Under the pieces are notes generated by a model, which worked only from the letters and a program-made list of their open reading frames with translations, ran no database searches and was not told the origin of the DNA. A stretch of DNA of 64,000 nucleotides from Squalus acanthias (taxonomy: Eukaryota). The stretch is from NCBI GenBank assembly GCA_030390025.1, contig CM059432.1, positions 5,084,001 to 5,148,000 of the forward strand. The letters run 5' to 3'. Position numbers and translations under genes: made by a program. This document shows, piece by piece, positions 49,448 through 62,854 of the stretch; the stretch's first letter is position 1; each line of letters starts with the position of its first letter.

Positions 49448-50039
49448 AATTATGGTTTCAAAAGAAAGATCTGACTGTTTAGGAAATGGGTAAAAACTCC
49501 CAACTCAAGTCACAACGCATTTTTATCCAACAGTCAATTCAGTTTCAGAGTTAAATATTGTAAATGTGGGTGTTCCAAGCAATGTCAATACTTGTACATT
49601 TTCCTGACTAATGAAAATCTGTACCAGGAAAGTGTATTTTTGCCACATTATATGGCTGAGATGGGTCAATTCACTGTCATAAACAACTTGTATTTATATA
49701 ACACCTTGAACATAGTAAAACGTCCCAAGGCGCTTCACAGGAGCGATTATCAGACAAAATTTGAATCTGATAAGGTGACACCAAGCCACCTAAGTGGATA
49801 AATTCACTGAGCATTGGGAGAGCAGCAAAAACATTAGTAAACCTCACATCTTTCAGTACCACATAAGGTCAGACCGCAAAATTAGCACAGCCCTGGGTCT
49901 CACCCTATCCAAATTTAAAATTTGACAGCTATAATTAAATGTTTTCACTTTTGGTGTTTAGAATCATTGGCCACATTTATACTGCAGCTATTCGCTGCTA
50001 GAATGGCATGATTTTAAGCGCTTCTATGGTGGGTTTTTC

Positions 50040-50350
50040 ACGACTTCGTGAATGGCAAGGTCGATATGCTGCAGCTGGTATCGACCCACTGTCCAGATGG
50101 ACGGAATCGTGGGATGCATTCAACATGAAGAACTAACACCTCATCACTGATCCAACAGCAGAGGTCCCTGGCTTCGACCTCCCTCTGAGACAGTGGACAG
50201 CGCTCAACCCAATCCACACGGAATGGACGATGCGGCCACCTGCTCCACAAGCAGAAGATGAGGGATGAAGTGAGACTGTGGCTCTGAGTCCCAGACCATG
50301 GTACACATCACATCAACCTGCCCACTGAGATCTGTTACAGGAGGCACCTC
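50040..50350 (+). mobile_element. Vingi/Ingi-like LINE C-terminal fragment
   Basis: Manual translation ..PGFDLPLRQWTALN..GRCGHLLHK..DCGSESQTMVHI..TCP, with frameshifts. Confidence 0.65.
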
Positions 50351-50361
50351 AGGAGACCACT

Positions 50362-50735
50362 AAAACATACAAAATTCTTAGTGCTTGACAGGGTAGATGC
50401 AGGGAGGATGTTTTCCCCTGGCTGGGGAGTCTAGAACCAGGGGTCACAGTCTCAGAATAAGGGGTCGGCCATTTAGGACTGAGAGGAGGAGGAAATTTCT
50501 TCACTCAGAGGGTGGTGAATCTTTGGAATTCTCTACCACAGATGGCTGTGGAGGCTCAGTCGTTGAGTATATTCAAGACAGAGATCGATAGATTTTTGAA
50601 TATTAAGGGAATCAAGGGATATGGGGATAGTGCAGGAAAGTGGAGATGAGGTAGAAGATCAGCCATGATCTTATTGCATGCAGGCTCGAAGGGCCAAATG
50701 GCCTGCACTCCTGCTCCTATTTCTTATGTTTATGA
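50362..50735 (+). mobile_element. CR1 LINE 3' fragment
   Basis: FPLAGESRTRGHSLRIRGRPFRTE. Confidence 0.85.
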
Positions 50736-51864
50736 ATGGACAGCCAAACTAGTCATCCCATTATAAGCTTCTCCCGTCATACAGAACATGTTCACTGCCA
50801 TCTGGGACCAGCCAGGCACAAACTCAGTTTTCACTGTGGGAACCTGACTTCTCCTGTCCAGCAGAGAGTTCTGCACGTGCGCAGTTACTCTCCCAGCCAT
50901 CAATATTGAAGAGCGAGAGGGAGAATCCCCAGTCTTCAAACATTTAGTCAGATGATTTTGAGCACTTTGTAAACCACGTTTAACACTGCATTCATGCTCC
51001 CTGTAACATTAAACTGAGGAGAGCCTCAAACGGCTTCTCTCTCCAGTCAGATCAGGCTTCCACTCCGGATTTACACTGCAAGTTTGGCATCAGTGCAAAC
51101 AGATACTAAATTTGCAGGAAAAACACGCCTATTAATGCAGCGGTTCCAAAACCTTTTTGTTGCTGAGCCCCCCCTCCCAACCCACTCAGGAGATTCATGT
51201 CCCGTGAGCACACACTCTTTCTAAGCAGCATTTTGGCATGGAAAGGGGATTTTATTTTCTCAGCTAGCATGCATATTGCTCAACACAAAAAGCAACATAA
51301 ATGGCACAGTACCACTTCTGTACTACTGAATGAACTTCAACATCCAATAGCACTCAATGACTTCACCCTTGTCTCAGTGAGTAGGATGAGCCTGTTTGGT
51401 AGCATACAATTTGTGGAATATTTGAAGCGCATCAACCACGTCAGTCTCTATATTCAAGCAGCTTCTCTAACTTCTGTATGTAAGCAAAGAAAAACCCACT
51501 TCACACAGATACATTGAGACAAAGTAGACAAGTATTTTGGACAGCACTTCGGCACAACTCAGGGAACTCTTTTCAAATTGAGAGCCATGACTTTAAAAAC
51601 GATCTCTCAAAACAAAGTCACCGGCGACCCATCAAATTCGCCTCAGACTCACGGTAAACTTGACCGTTGCCTCAAAGTCCTCTCATCGAACCCAAATGAA
51701 ATCCTGCAATTCATCTGCATTGCTTTCGGGAGAATAATCTCAGCATTTTGTGCAAAGCCGAGACAAATTCTCCAGAATTACATCTTTTAATTTCTGGGAG
51801 TGACATTGCACAGTCCAAAATGAGAGATGACAATGTCTGGAACATAGCTACATTGTCTTAGATA

Positions 51865-52585
51865 AGAACTTGAGAAATAGGAGTAGGTCATTGGGCCCTT
51901 CAAGCCTGCTCCGTCATGCAATAAGATCATATGGCTGATCATCTACCTCAACTCCACCTTCCCGCACTGTCCCCATACCCCTTGATTCCCTTTGTGCCCA
52001 AAGATCTATCAATCTCGGTCTTGAATATATTCAACGACTGAGCATCCACAGCCCTCTGGGGTAGAGAATTCCAAAGATTCATCACCCTCTGAGCGAAGAA
52101 ATTTCTCATCACAGTCCTAAATGGCCAACCCCTTATTTGGAGACTGACCCCTAGTTCCAGACTCTCCAACCAGGGGAAACATCCTCCCTGCATCTACCCT
52201 GTCACGACCTGTAAGAATTTTATACATTTCAATGAGATCACCTCTCATTCTTCTAATTTCTAGGGAATATAGGCAGAGTCTCCTCAATCTCTCCTCATAA
52301 GACAATTCCCCCCCATCCCAGGAATCAGTCTGGTGAATCTTGGTTGCACTCCCTCGAAGGCTAGTATATCCTTCCTTGGGTAAGGAGACAAAAACTGTGC
52401 ACAGTACTCCAGGTGTGGAGTCACCCAAGGCCCTATATAATTGCAGTAAGACTTCTTTACTTTTTTATACTCCAATCATTTTGCAATAAAGGCCAACATA
52501 CTATTTTGCGTTCCTAACTGCTTGTTGTACGTGCATGTTAACTTTGTGATGTGTGTACAAAGACACCCAGGTCCCTCTGAATACC
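51865..52585 (-). mobile_element. CR1 LINE 3' fragment
   Basis: ORFs 51948..52475 are CR1 ORF2 pieces. Confidence 0.85.
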
Positions 52586-52914
52586 AGCTTACAGCTACTC
52601 CATAGGGAATTTTTTTTGTCAAAGCTCTTTACTTTTTAAGTGCATAATGAAAATGTTACAGTTCTTAGCTTGCAACAAAAGGCTCATAGAATTGCATAGA
52701 TAATACAGCACAGAAACAGGCTATTCAGCCAAACTAGTCCACTCCAGCATTTATGCTCCACTCGAGCCTCCTCCCATCCTTCCTATCTAACTAGCAGCAT
52801 AAGTCTCTATTCCCTTCTCCCTCATCTGCTTATCTAGCCTACCCTTAAATGCATCTATACTATTCACTTCAACCACTCCCTGTAGTAGTGAGTTCCACAT
52901 TCTCACTACTCTCG

Positions 52915-53655
52915 ACTGCAACAGGACATAGAAAGGCTAGCAGAATGGGCAGGTGGAATTTAAGAGAGAAGTGTGAGGATGCATTTTGGCAGAAGGAACA
53001 GCGAGAGGCAATATACACTTAATGGCACAGTTTTAAAGCGTGTGCAGGGACAGAGAGACCGGTGAGTTAATGTGCATAGGTCCCTGAAGGTGACAGGACA
53101 TTGAGTGTGGCTGGCAAAGCAGATGGGATCTTGGGCTTCATAAATAAAGGTATTAAGTACAAAAGTAGAGAAGTTATGCTGAATCTTTATAAAGCGCTGG
53201 TTAGGCCACAACTGGAGTATTGCATCCAGTTCTGGTCACCACACTTTAGGAAGGATGTGAAGGCCTTAGAGAGGGTGCAGAGGAGATTTACCAGAATGGT
53301 TCCGGGGATGGGGGCTCTTAGCTACAAGAACAGGTTGGAGAAGCTGGATTTGTTTTCATGAGGGGGTGATTTGATAGAGGTGTACAAGATTATGGCAGGT
53401 TTGGATAGGCTAGACGGGGAAAGGCTGTTCCCACTAGTTGATGGTACAAAGACTAGGGGACACAGATTTAAGGTTTTGGGCAAGAGATACAGGGGGAACG
53501 TGAGGAAAAACTTTTTTACGCAGCCGACGGAAGTGGTGGAAGCGGAGATCTCACTCAATGTTTTCAAGGGGAGACTGGAGAGGCACTTGAGGGAAATAAA
53601 CTTGCAGGGCTACGGGGATAGAGTGGGGGAATGGGACTGACTGGATTGCTCTGCA
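52915..53655 (+). mobile_element. CR1 LINE 3' fragment
   Basis: LYKALVRPQLEYCIQFWSPHFRKDV. Confidence 0.85.
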
Positions 53656-53899
53656 GATAATATTAGTATTCGAACACACTGGCTGAAGGAGCTAATAGTA
53701 TTAGAACACACTGGCTGGGAAGTCCTCAGATTTGCTCCTGCTTTGCCAGACTTTATTCACCAGAATTCCTGTTTACACACGCAAGGAGTGTTTCTGGCAA
53801 CATAGAATCCAGCAAAGCGACAGATCAGGAATGTTCTTGGTCCCCCGATAACCAAGTCGGGCACGCTGCCCCGCCCCCTCAGTTTGAAACAAAGGGCAA

Positions 53900-54360
53900 A
53901 AAGACCTGCATTATCTATAGCGCCTTTCACAACCTCAGGACGTCCCAAAGCGCTTTACAGCCAATGAAGTACTTTTGAAGTGTAGTCACTGTTGTAATGT
54001 AGGAAACGCAGCAGCCATTTTGCACACAGCAAGCTCCCTCAAACAGCAATGTGATAATGACCAGACAATCTGTTTTAGTGATGTTGATTGAGGGATAAAT
54101 ATTGGCCAGGACACCGGGGAGAACTCCCCAGCTCTGCTTCAAAATAGCGGCCGTGGGATCTTTTACGTCCACCTGAGCGCGCGGGCGGGGCCTCGGTTTA
54201 ACGTCTCATCCGAAAGACGGCACCTCCGACAGTGCAGCACTCCCTCAGCCCTGCACAGGGAGTGTCAGCCTAGATTTTTGTGCTCAAGTCTCTGGAGTGG
54301 GACTATGAACCCACAACCTCAGAGGAGAGTGCGTGCTACCAACTGAGCCACAGCTGACAC
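53900..54360 (-). mobile_element. DeuSINE copy, full length
   Basis: Head, Deu domain and tail all present. Confidence 0.88.
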
Positions 54361-55531
54361 CTCTGCATCAATGCAACAGGCATATTGCTCCTTAAAGTGT
54401 TGTAATCACAGTTTAAATATTGTGCAACACCTCTACAGTACTCCTTCCACAATCCTCGAGGGATGAACTGGTTTATTACAGAAACTGTTGCACAGCAAGT
54501 GTTCATAGTATTCTACACTATCATACACATTCATCTTAAGGACTCTTGAGCGATGAACACGAGTGAACATCATTGCAGAGTCAGTCTAGTCCTGCTAATT
54601 CAAAGCTAATTCTTGTGCTAAAAAAATAGGAATAATCCAGTACAAACTAAAACAGAAAAGTAGGAATTTAGCGGTTGAAAAATTTGAATCATAACTTAAA
54701 TTAAATTATTTTGAATTAAGAGAGACTATATAGTCTACTTTACCTTATACTTCCTTATTTGTAGCCAATGTAAAACTACAGAAAACTTTAATTTGTCCCA
54801 CCCTGAAAAAAAGGAAGAGTTTCCACAAGATGAAGGTAAAGTCCTGAATGTACACAAGTGCTTTTTAAATGGCTCCATGCTATACATTGGGTATTAATCC
54901 AGTTTTTGCTATCCAGGTTCAGTACTAGTTCTCTCAATAAGACAAATTTCTCTCATCATAACTGAACTACTACATCGCATTAGGCTGGGTTAGATTAGTA
55001 TTACCTTGTAAACTAATTTGTATTTGCCATGAATGGCAGTGTACTGTTGAAGGGAGTACAAAGGGTGGAAAAGCAAAGTGCACGATTTAAATGTGTGGAC
55101 ATCCATACAATCTATTAGTAGATATATAGAGCAAAGCGCATTATTCAACTGAATTTATATCAGCGCCCGAGTCTCAAATCAATAAACATTCAACTGAATC
55201 AAGCACTGTAGGTTAAAGGCAACATTGATGTATACACTACCTCTCCTTGCTGAGAAGATAGCATCTTCTACATTCAACCACAACAACTTGCATTTATAGA
55301 GCACCTTTAAGGTAGTAAAACGTCCCCAGGCCGCTTCACAGGAGCGCTAACAAAATTTGACACCGAGCCACATAAGGAGATATTAAGACAGGTGACCAAA
55401 AGCTTGTTCAAAGAGGTAGGTTTTAAGGAGCATTTTAAAAGGAGAGAGAGGTGGAGAAGTTTAGGGAGGGAATTCCAGAGCTCAGGGCCTAGCTAGCTAA
55501 AGGCATGGCTGCCAATGGTGGAGCAATAGTA

Positions 55532-56003
55532 GTGTCAGCTGTGGCTCAGTGGGTAGCACTCTCGCCTCGGAGTCAGAAGGTTGTGGGTTCATAGTCCCAC
55601 TCCAGGGGTTTGAGTACATCAATCTAGGCTGACACTCCAATGCAGTGCTGAGGGAGCGCTGCACTGTCAGAGGCGCCGTCTTTCAGATGAGAAGTTAAAC
55701 CGAGGCCCCGTCTGCTCTCTCAGGTGGATGTAAAAGACCCCATGGCACTATTTCGAAGAGGAGCAGGGGAGTTCTCCCCAGTGTCCTGGACAATATTTAT
55801 CCCTCAATCAACAGCACAAACAGATTATCTGGTCATTATCACATTGCTGTTTGTGGGAGCTTGCTGTGCGCAAATTGGCTGCCGCATTTCCTACATTACA
55901 ACAGCAACTACACTTCAAAAAGTACTTCATTGGCGGTAAAGCACTTTGAGATGTCCGGTGGTCGTGAAAGGCGCTGTAGAAATGCAAGTCTTTCTTTTCT
56001 TTT
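55532..56003 (+). mobile_element. DeuSINE full-length copy inserted into a minus-strand L2 fragment (about 55277-56440)
   Basis: A and B boxes, GCCGTCTTTCAGATGAGA.GTTAAACCGAGG, (TTTC)n tail. L2 sequence resumes on both sides. Confidence 0.88.
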
Positions 56004-56666
56004 CAATGAAAATTGGGGATGTGCAAGGGGCCAGAATTGGAGGAGCGCAGAGATCTCGGAGGGTTGTAGGGCTGGAGGGAAAGGCGAGGCCATGGAGGGA
56101 TTTGAAAACAAGTTTGAGAATTTTAAAATCCAGGTATTGCTGGACCAGGAGCCAATATAGGTCAACAACCACAGGGGTGATGGGTGAACGGGGCTTGGAG
56201 TGTGTTTCGGAAAAGCACAAGCCTTTAAAGTAGTAAAATATCCTAAGGCGATTATGAAACAAAATTTGACACCAAGCCACCTAAGGAAATATTAGGGCAG
56301 CTTGGTCAAAGAGGTAGGTCTTAAGGAGCGTCTTAGAGGAGGAAAGAGGGAGAGAGGCGGGGAGGTTTAGGAAGGGAATTCCAGAGCTTAGGGCCTTGGC
56401 AGCTGAAGGCACGGCCGACAATGGCGGAGTGGAAACAGGTGATGTTCTGCTTTGAAGGGGATTGGGGGAGAAAAACGTGGAGTACTTTAACTCAAAATGC
56501 TCCACTTTTTACATGAGGAAAAAATAATATCAAGAAATTATGACCTTCAAGTCAAATTTCCTGCCAGCATGCAGACAGTTAAATAGCTTGGCCGCACCAG
56601 TGACGATAATTAAAGAGAACACCCACCCACCCCTCATATCACAGAGCAGCTCCATTGTAAACAACT

Positions 56667-57010
56667 ACTTCTTCGGCAGTCCCTCGGAACCGAGGATGAC
56701 TTGCTTCCACATTAAAAACGAGTTTGCAGGTGACGGATGAGTCCAATGCGGGACCTACAGTCTCTGTCACAGGTGGGGCAGACAGTGGTTGAAGGGGCGG
56801 GTGGGTGGGGTGCTTGGGTTGACATGCGCTCCTTCCGCTTGGCTTCCGCTTGCTCCCGGCGAAGAGACTCGAGGTGTTCGGCGCCTTCCCGGATGCTTCT
56901 CCTCCACTTTGTGCGGTCTTGGGCCAGGGATTCCCAGGTGTTGGTGGGGATGTTGCACTTTTTCAAGGAGGCTTTGAGGGTGTCCTTGAAGCGTTTCCTC
57001 TGCCCACCTG
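56667..57010 (-). mobile_element. RTE-clade LINE 3' fragment
   Basis: GGQRKRFKDTLKASLKKCNIP..CPTCDRDCRSRIGL. Same family as 2461-2881. Confidence 0.85.
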
Positions 57011-57439
57011 CAGCAGGCATGACTACACACTATGGAGCCATTAGCATTTGACCCAGTCAGGTGCCTCAGGCTGGTGTGAAGTAATGTCCCCTTCCCCCAA
57101 CTCCTATATGTAACGAAGCTGCTCAAAGCGCTTGACATTACTGGAGCAACCAAACAGCGAGGGAGATGCAATCGAGGTTCAGCATGGCAGCAGGAATATA
57201 GATATTTGAAACCAGTTTTTGGTAAGCATTTCTTTTGTTTAAAAACAAGGATAGTACTGTAAATAAAAAGCACTGCTCCTAGACTTTCTTTGACCTGTAA
57301 CTGGTCTCTGAAGTGTAGTCACTGCAGAGAGTTTGAAAGTTACAACCTGTCTGCTAACTTCAGTATACAAACATTGCACCACCACACCTATGCCACAAAT
57401 ATGCAGTCTTCAGAGAATACAACCGCTAAACCAGCAAAG

Positions 57440-57785
57440 ACATGCCAATCCAGGCAGACTTGAACAACCTATCACCAACCCGTCTCAAATCTAGGCAGCC
57501 ATTTTGGACCGTCGCCGAAGCCCTTCAGCAATCTCCCCTCAGCCTTACATACTAAATGGACTCCTCAGAGGAGCCCACAGTACAACCTGAAGGATCAAAC
57601 CTTCCTCGCAAGCAGTGCACAACCATCAACCGCCTGAGAACCAGTCATGGTAGATGCTGCCACCTTCTCCATAGATGGAAGATTAAAGCATCCCCATCAT
57701 GCAACTGTGGAGCTCCTAATCAGACCCTGGAGCACATCATTGAGCACTGCCCTCAGAGGAAGTTCACAGGCAGCCTACAACCTAT
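57440..57785 (+). mobile_element. Vingi/Ingi-like LINE C-terminal fragment
   Basis: LPRKQCTTINRLRTSHGRC.HLLHRWKIKASPSCNCG..QTLEHIIEHCP (CCHC knuckle). Confidence 0.72.
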
Positions 57786-57794
57786 TTTTTAGCT

Positions 57795-58600
57795 AGGAGG
57801 AAAGATTGGATAGGCTGGGGTTGTTTTCTTGGGAACAGAGGAGGCTGAGGGGAGATTTAATTGAGGTGTATAAAATTGAGGGGCCTAGATAGAGTGGATA
57901 GGAAGGACCTATTTCCCTTAGCAGAGAGGTCAATAACCAGGGGGCAGTGATTTAAAGTAATTAGTAGAAGGATTAGAGGGGAGTTGAGGAGAACTTTTTT
58001 ACTTTTTTTCACCCAGGTGGGGGGTCTGGAACTCACTGCCTGAAAAGGTGGTAGAGACAGAAACCCTCATCACATTTAAAAAGTACAGGAAACTCTTTAT
58101 TAACCGGCACCGACGGGACCGGCGTGGTGCCGGTTTATCGAAAGTACCGGATAACGGAGTGTTATATCTACCGAGGCTATTTTTAACAAAGAAAAATAAA
58201 TCAATCAAGAAATGTGCAGTATACAGTATTTGGGTACTTTTGAAAACTACCCCAACTGACTAAATCGGCGTCCGCGGACTCGGACTCGGGATCGGCAACA
58301 TTGCCGGTTATTTGAGAGGAGTTTTCGGAGTACTCGGCGTTCGTGGAGACTCGACTGCGACTCGGCAACATTGCCGGTTATTTGAGAGGAGTTTTCGGAG
58401 GATGATTTTTGCCGGTTAAGCGAGAATTCCGGATATTTGGGTGCCGGATAAACAAGTTTCCTGTACTTGGATATGCACTTGAAGAGCCGTAACCTACAAG
58501 GCTATGGATCAAGAGCTGGAAAGTGGGATTAGGCTGGAGAGCTCTTTTTCGGCCGGCACGGACACAATGGACCGAATGGCCTCCTTCTGTGCCGTAAAAT
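57795..58600 (+). mobile_element. CR1 3' fragment split by a TA-targeting MITE
   Basis: CR1 sequence ...TTTAAAAAG TA CTTGGATATGCACTTG is continuous once 58086-58465 is removed. Confidence 0.8.
58086..58463. mobile_element. Tc1/mariner-pogo-like MITE, TA TSD, internal 39-bp direct repeat
   Basis: TA|CAGGAAACT..CCGGCACC...GGTGCCGG..AGTTTCCTG|TA. Repeat at 58292-58330 and 58362-58400. Confidence 0.85.
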
Positions 58601-58993
58601 TCGATGATACAAGATATCCACGCTGTTACAGGCTTTGGCCTGGAAAGCTGACAGATATTGACAATTTGTTTTTAGCTACCATACAAAAGAAGCTTCAGTA
58701 TAGTTAGTCAAACTCAAAACAATAAAAAAAAGTTGCCAGAGAAAAACATTTTGTGCATTTCAATGTGTAATGGAGGGTTGAGGTTCTACCCCTCCCAAAA
58801 TAATAAACTTTATACAACACCTATGAAAACTGCAATTATACACTTATGAATGCAATCCTACTGTTTGAAAGTATTATCGTATCGGGAAAAAACATGGTCA
58901 GATAAAATGCAGATTAAACAGAGTTTACATACAGAATTACATAGGATTATATAGAACTTAACAGCTCAGACACAGGCCATTCGGCCCAACTGG

Positions 58994-59306
58994 GGAGGTC
59001 TAGAACAAGGGGTCACAGTCTCAGGATACGGGGTAGGACATTTAGGACTGAGATGAAGAGAAATGTCTTCACTCAGAGGGTGGTGAACCTGTGGAATTTG
59101 CTACCACAGAAGGCTGTGAAGGCCAAGTCACTGAATATATTTAAGAAGGAGATACATAGATTTCTAGACACAAAAGGTATCAAGGGGTATGGGGAGAGAG
59201 CGGGAATATGGTATTGAGATAGAGGATCAGCCATGATCTCATTGAATGGCGGAGCAGGCTCGAAGGGCCGAATGGCCTACTCCTGCTCCAATTTTTCTAT
59301 GTTTCT
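58994..59306 (+). mobile_element. CR1 3' fragment inserted in an opposite-strand CR1-tail repeat
   Basis: AACTGG duplicated at 58988-58993 and 59307-59312. Confidence 0.75.
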
Positions 59307-60039
59307 AACTGGTTCATGCCAGTGTTTATGCTCCACACCAGCCCCCTCCCACCCCTCTTCATCTCACCCTGTCAACATATCCTCCTATTCTTTTCTCCCG
59401 CATGGGCTTATCTCGTTTCCCCTTCAATGCATCTCTGCTATTCGCCTCAACCACTCCATGTGGCAGCGAGTTCCACATTCTCTCTGGGTAAAGAAGTTTC
59501 TCCTGAATTCCCTATTGAATTTATTAGTGATTATCTTTAAAAAGGAAACGCTATTGGTCGACCACCCAACTATTTACAACCCAACTATTAACGCAAGGCA
59601 ATTTCAGCTGCTTTCGGCAGAAAGAGAAACAGAAATGTGCAGTCCAATGATCTTTTGTTTTCTTTGAATTTTTAAAATGAGCTGCACTTGTACAGTGAAT
59701 CATGCAATGCAGAAAGAGAATGTCAGACAGAAGAGAATGCTACAGATTAGGTAACAATTACTGAACAGATTGCAAACACATAACAAACACAAACAGTACA
59801 GTTGGGACCAAGCTGTTAGAATCCAAAAATAATCAGCTGCAGCTGAAGGTGAAAATAACAAGAACCAGTGCCATTATCACTATTGTTGAACAAAGCAAGG
59901 ACTTATGATGCAGGTACACTTTACTCCAGATGAATTTTTCAAAGAACAAAGATGGAAATTCAGAAGAAGTGTATGAGGGAATAATGCATTTCTCCCTTGT
60001 TCAACAACTTGGTATTCCCAACAACGTATGCCATGCCCC

Positions 60040-60470
60040 AACGGTGGCTCAGTGGGCAGCACCCTCGCCCCTCAGTCGAAAGGTTGTGGGTTCAAGTCCC
60101 ACTCCAGAGACTTGAGCACAAAAATCTAGGCTGACACTCCAGTGCAGTCCTGAGGGAGCGCTGCACTGTCTGAGGTACTGTCTTTCGGATGAGACGTTAA
60201 ACTGAGTCTGTCCTCTCAGGTGGACACACAAGGCCCCATGGCACTATTTCGAAGAAAAGCAGGGGAGTTCTCCCCGGTGTCCTGGCCAATATTTATCCCT
60301 CAAATTATCACTAAAATAGATTATCTGCTCATTATCACATTGCTTTTTGTGGGAGCTTGCTGTGCGCAAACTGTCTGCCATGTTTCCTACATTACAACAC
60401 TTCAAAAAGTACTTCATTGGCTGTAAAGTGCTTTGGGATATCCGATGGTCGTGAGAGGCGCTATAGTCTC
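60040..60470 (+). mobile_element. DeuSINE copy
   Basis: Family similarity. Confidence 0.85.
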
Positions 60471-61002
60471 TTATTTTTTAACTAAATTTACTAGATGACC
60501 AGCTCCCAGAGCTCTTCGAATACTGTTATATAACACAGGATGAGAAACACCCATTTGGGTAGGTTCGGACAGCGGAGGCAGTGAGTAAATGAGGAGAAAG
60601 ACTTGGGCAAATGTCTAATGATCAATTAGCCGCTCTCCATCCCAACACAAACAGCTGGGATTTGTAACGCACTCACGTGCAAAATATAGGCATGAACTTG
60701 CATCTTGCTATTCCTTGACACCACGTCACAGCTCAATAGCGTACTGACCACAAAAGGAAGAATTTAATGTGATCAGCCCATTAGCCTTTTTGATTCGGAA
60801 AGTTCCAATGATCATTCTGCATCAGTGAAACTGAGCCAGTCTTTTTATAAAATTCTGGAAAGTAAATGTAGAATGTCAATCCCACTAATTGTCATGCACC
60901 TTTTTTTTGGGGGGGGGGGGGGCGGGGGGAGGAGAGCGGCGAGAAAGGGAAGATAGTCACAATTGAGTTTTCAAATAGGTGTTAAAAAATGCAACAATAG
61001 CA

Positions 61003-61664
61003 GCTCGGAATTTGCGGTCAGCGGCAAAGCGAAGGCTCTCACCGCTGGCCCTTAAGTAAGCTTCACACAAATCTCTCGCTATCTTTGTGACGAGATGTTT
61101 GGGTTTCCCGATGTTCAATTCAAATCGAAAGAGTACAGTGGAAATCTCCAACCAATCGAAAGGCAGAATTCTCAGACAGCGAACAAGAAAGCGAGTAAGC
61201 TCTTAAAATTCTAACTTTTTAAAAATGTTTGCGAGTAAAACAAAGTTTGGGGCTCTCACATTGGGAAAAAGGCAAACCTGAAATAAAGATTAATTTTTAT
61301 TAAAATGGATGAATGTCACACTGCACAAAATTAAAATTAGTTTTTCAGGCCCTTAACTGTTGTTCAGCAGTCAATATGCTGTTAAAACCCCAGTTACACC
61401 TAATCCCTCTGGATCTAACTTTTAGTGGGGAACTTAACAGCAGTATTACTGCAGAAGAGCCAAAGTTTGTCAATTTCCATGATTTATGAGATTTCACTGA
61501 TTGCCGGTTCTGGGTGGGGGCGGCACTGTGTCAGAGCCATCAACGACAGACCGCAATTTCAGGATTTCCGCATGCACCAAATCCCAAAATTGCTGTCAGC
61601 TGCAAAGGCAGAATGACTGCGAACACTGCAAGTTCGTCGTCATCCAGACTGCAAATTCCGAGCC
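61003..61664. mobile_element. Second copy (inverted) of the TIR element at 12103-12864
   Basis: TIR GCTCGGAATTTGCGGTC / GACTGCAAATTCCGAGC. Shared internal GCTGTTAAAACCCCAGTTACACCTAAT. Confidence 0.72.
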
Positions 61665-62149
61665 ATTGCGTCCCAAGGATGACTGGATTGCTGTAACCTA
61701 CAGGAATTAAAATCCCCACAGGAGAACAAATTCATAGGATTAACAAAATGTCAAGTTACTCTGCACAATCCAACTCCACCAGTGTGGATTTAAAGATTAA
61801 GTAGCATCGAGGAGCTAGTGTTCGCCAATGCTTGATACAAGGACTGAGTTCTTTCTCCCCCCCAACCACTCAACGTGCAAGAGTAAGAAATAACAATCTT
61901 AAACAATACACGAGGATATCATAGATTGCAAGAACATAAACCTTCCAACAAGTTGGAGCTGTCACAGAGCCTTGATACAAACCTCTGTTTTTCTCCTTGA
62001 AGTCAGGAATTGTACATAATGTGCATCCAAAAGAGAAAAAAACTTTAAGGAACCAGACACTGTGAAATGACAGAAGTCCCGTGATGCACTACGAGCTCAA
62101 AGTCGGAATACTCCACCGTATACTTGCAAGCAAAACCATAAAGTAAATT

Positions 62150-62470
62150 TTTTTTTTTATTCATTCACCGGATGTGGGCATCGCTGGCAAGGCCAGCGTT
62201 TACTGCCCATCTCTAATTACCCTCGAGAAGGTGGTGGTGAGCCGCCTTCTTGAACCGCTGCAGTCCGTGTGGTGAAGGTGCTCCCACAGTGCTGTTAGGG
62301 AGGGAGTTCCAGGATTTTGACCCAACGATGACAAAGGAACGGCGATATACTTGCAAGTCAGGATGGTGTGCGACTTGGAGGGGAACTTGGAGGTGATGGT
62401 GGTTGCCATGCGCCTGCTGCCCTTGTCCTTCTAGGTGGTAGAGGTTGCGGCTTTGGGAGGTGCTGTCGAT
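62150..62470 (-). mobile_element. CR1/L2-group LINE 3' fragment
   Basis: Same family as 41550-41965. Confidence 0.8.
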
Positions 62471-62854
62471 TTTCAACATTGGAGCAAGACATTTGTTGCA
62501 CTGGATCTATAGCATATAAACCCTGCAATGCTCTCACAAAGCAGTAAACCCCTTCCCTGCCAAAATGTTATTAAAACAGTTGTACAATGTGTAATTCCAC
62601 CCAAGTAATTAGGCATAAGCCTCCCAATAATGTTTTAATCTAAGGAAACATGCAAGAATCAATCTGCAGTTTACTAAGCAACAGAATGCAGAACTAACCC
62701 CACTGAAGCCAGTTGGTTTTGTGTGGTTTGAAGCACAAGACTTTAGAATTAGAAATGCTCCTCTCACAGACATCTCACTGGTCAGAAACAATGTTCCATT
62801 TAATATGCTTTATATCCAGTATAAGTGTCTTGACACAATGCACATAATCTATAG

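Noticed and set aside
53664..53717. 22-bp near-tandem duplication
   Set aside because: Small local duplication at a CR1 end with no sign of function.
58292..58400. Direct repeats with a spacer, superficially CRISPR-like
   Set aside because: Only two copies, inside a eukaryotic MITE, with no cas genes.
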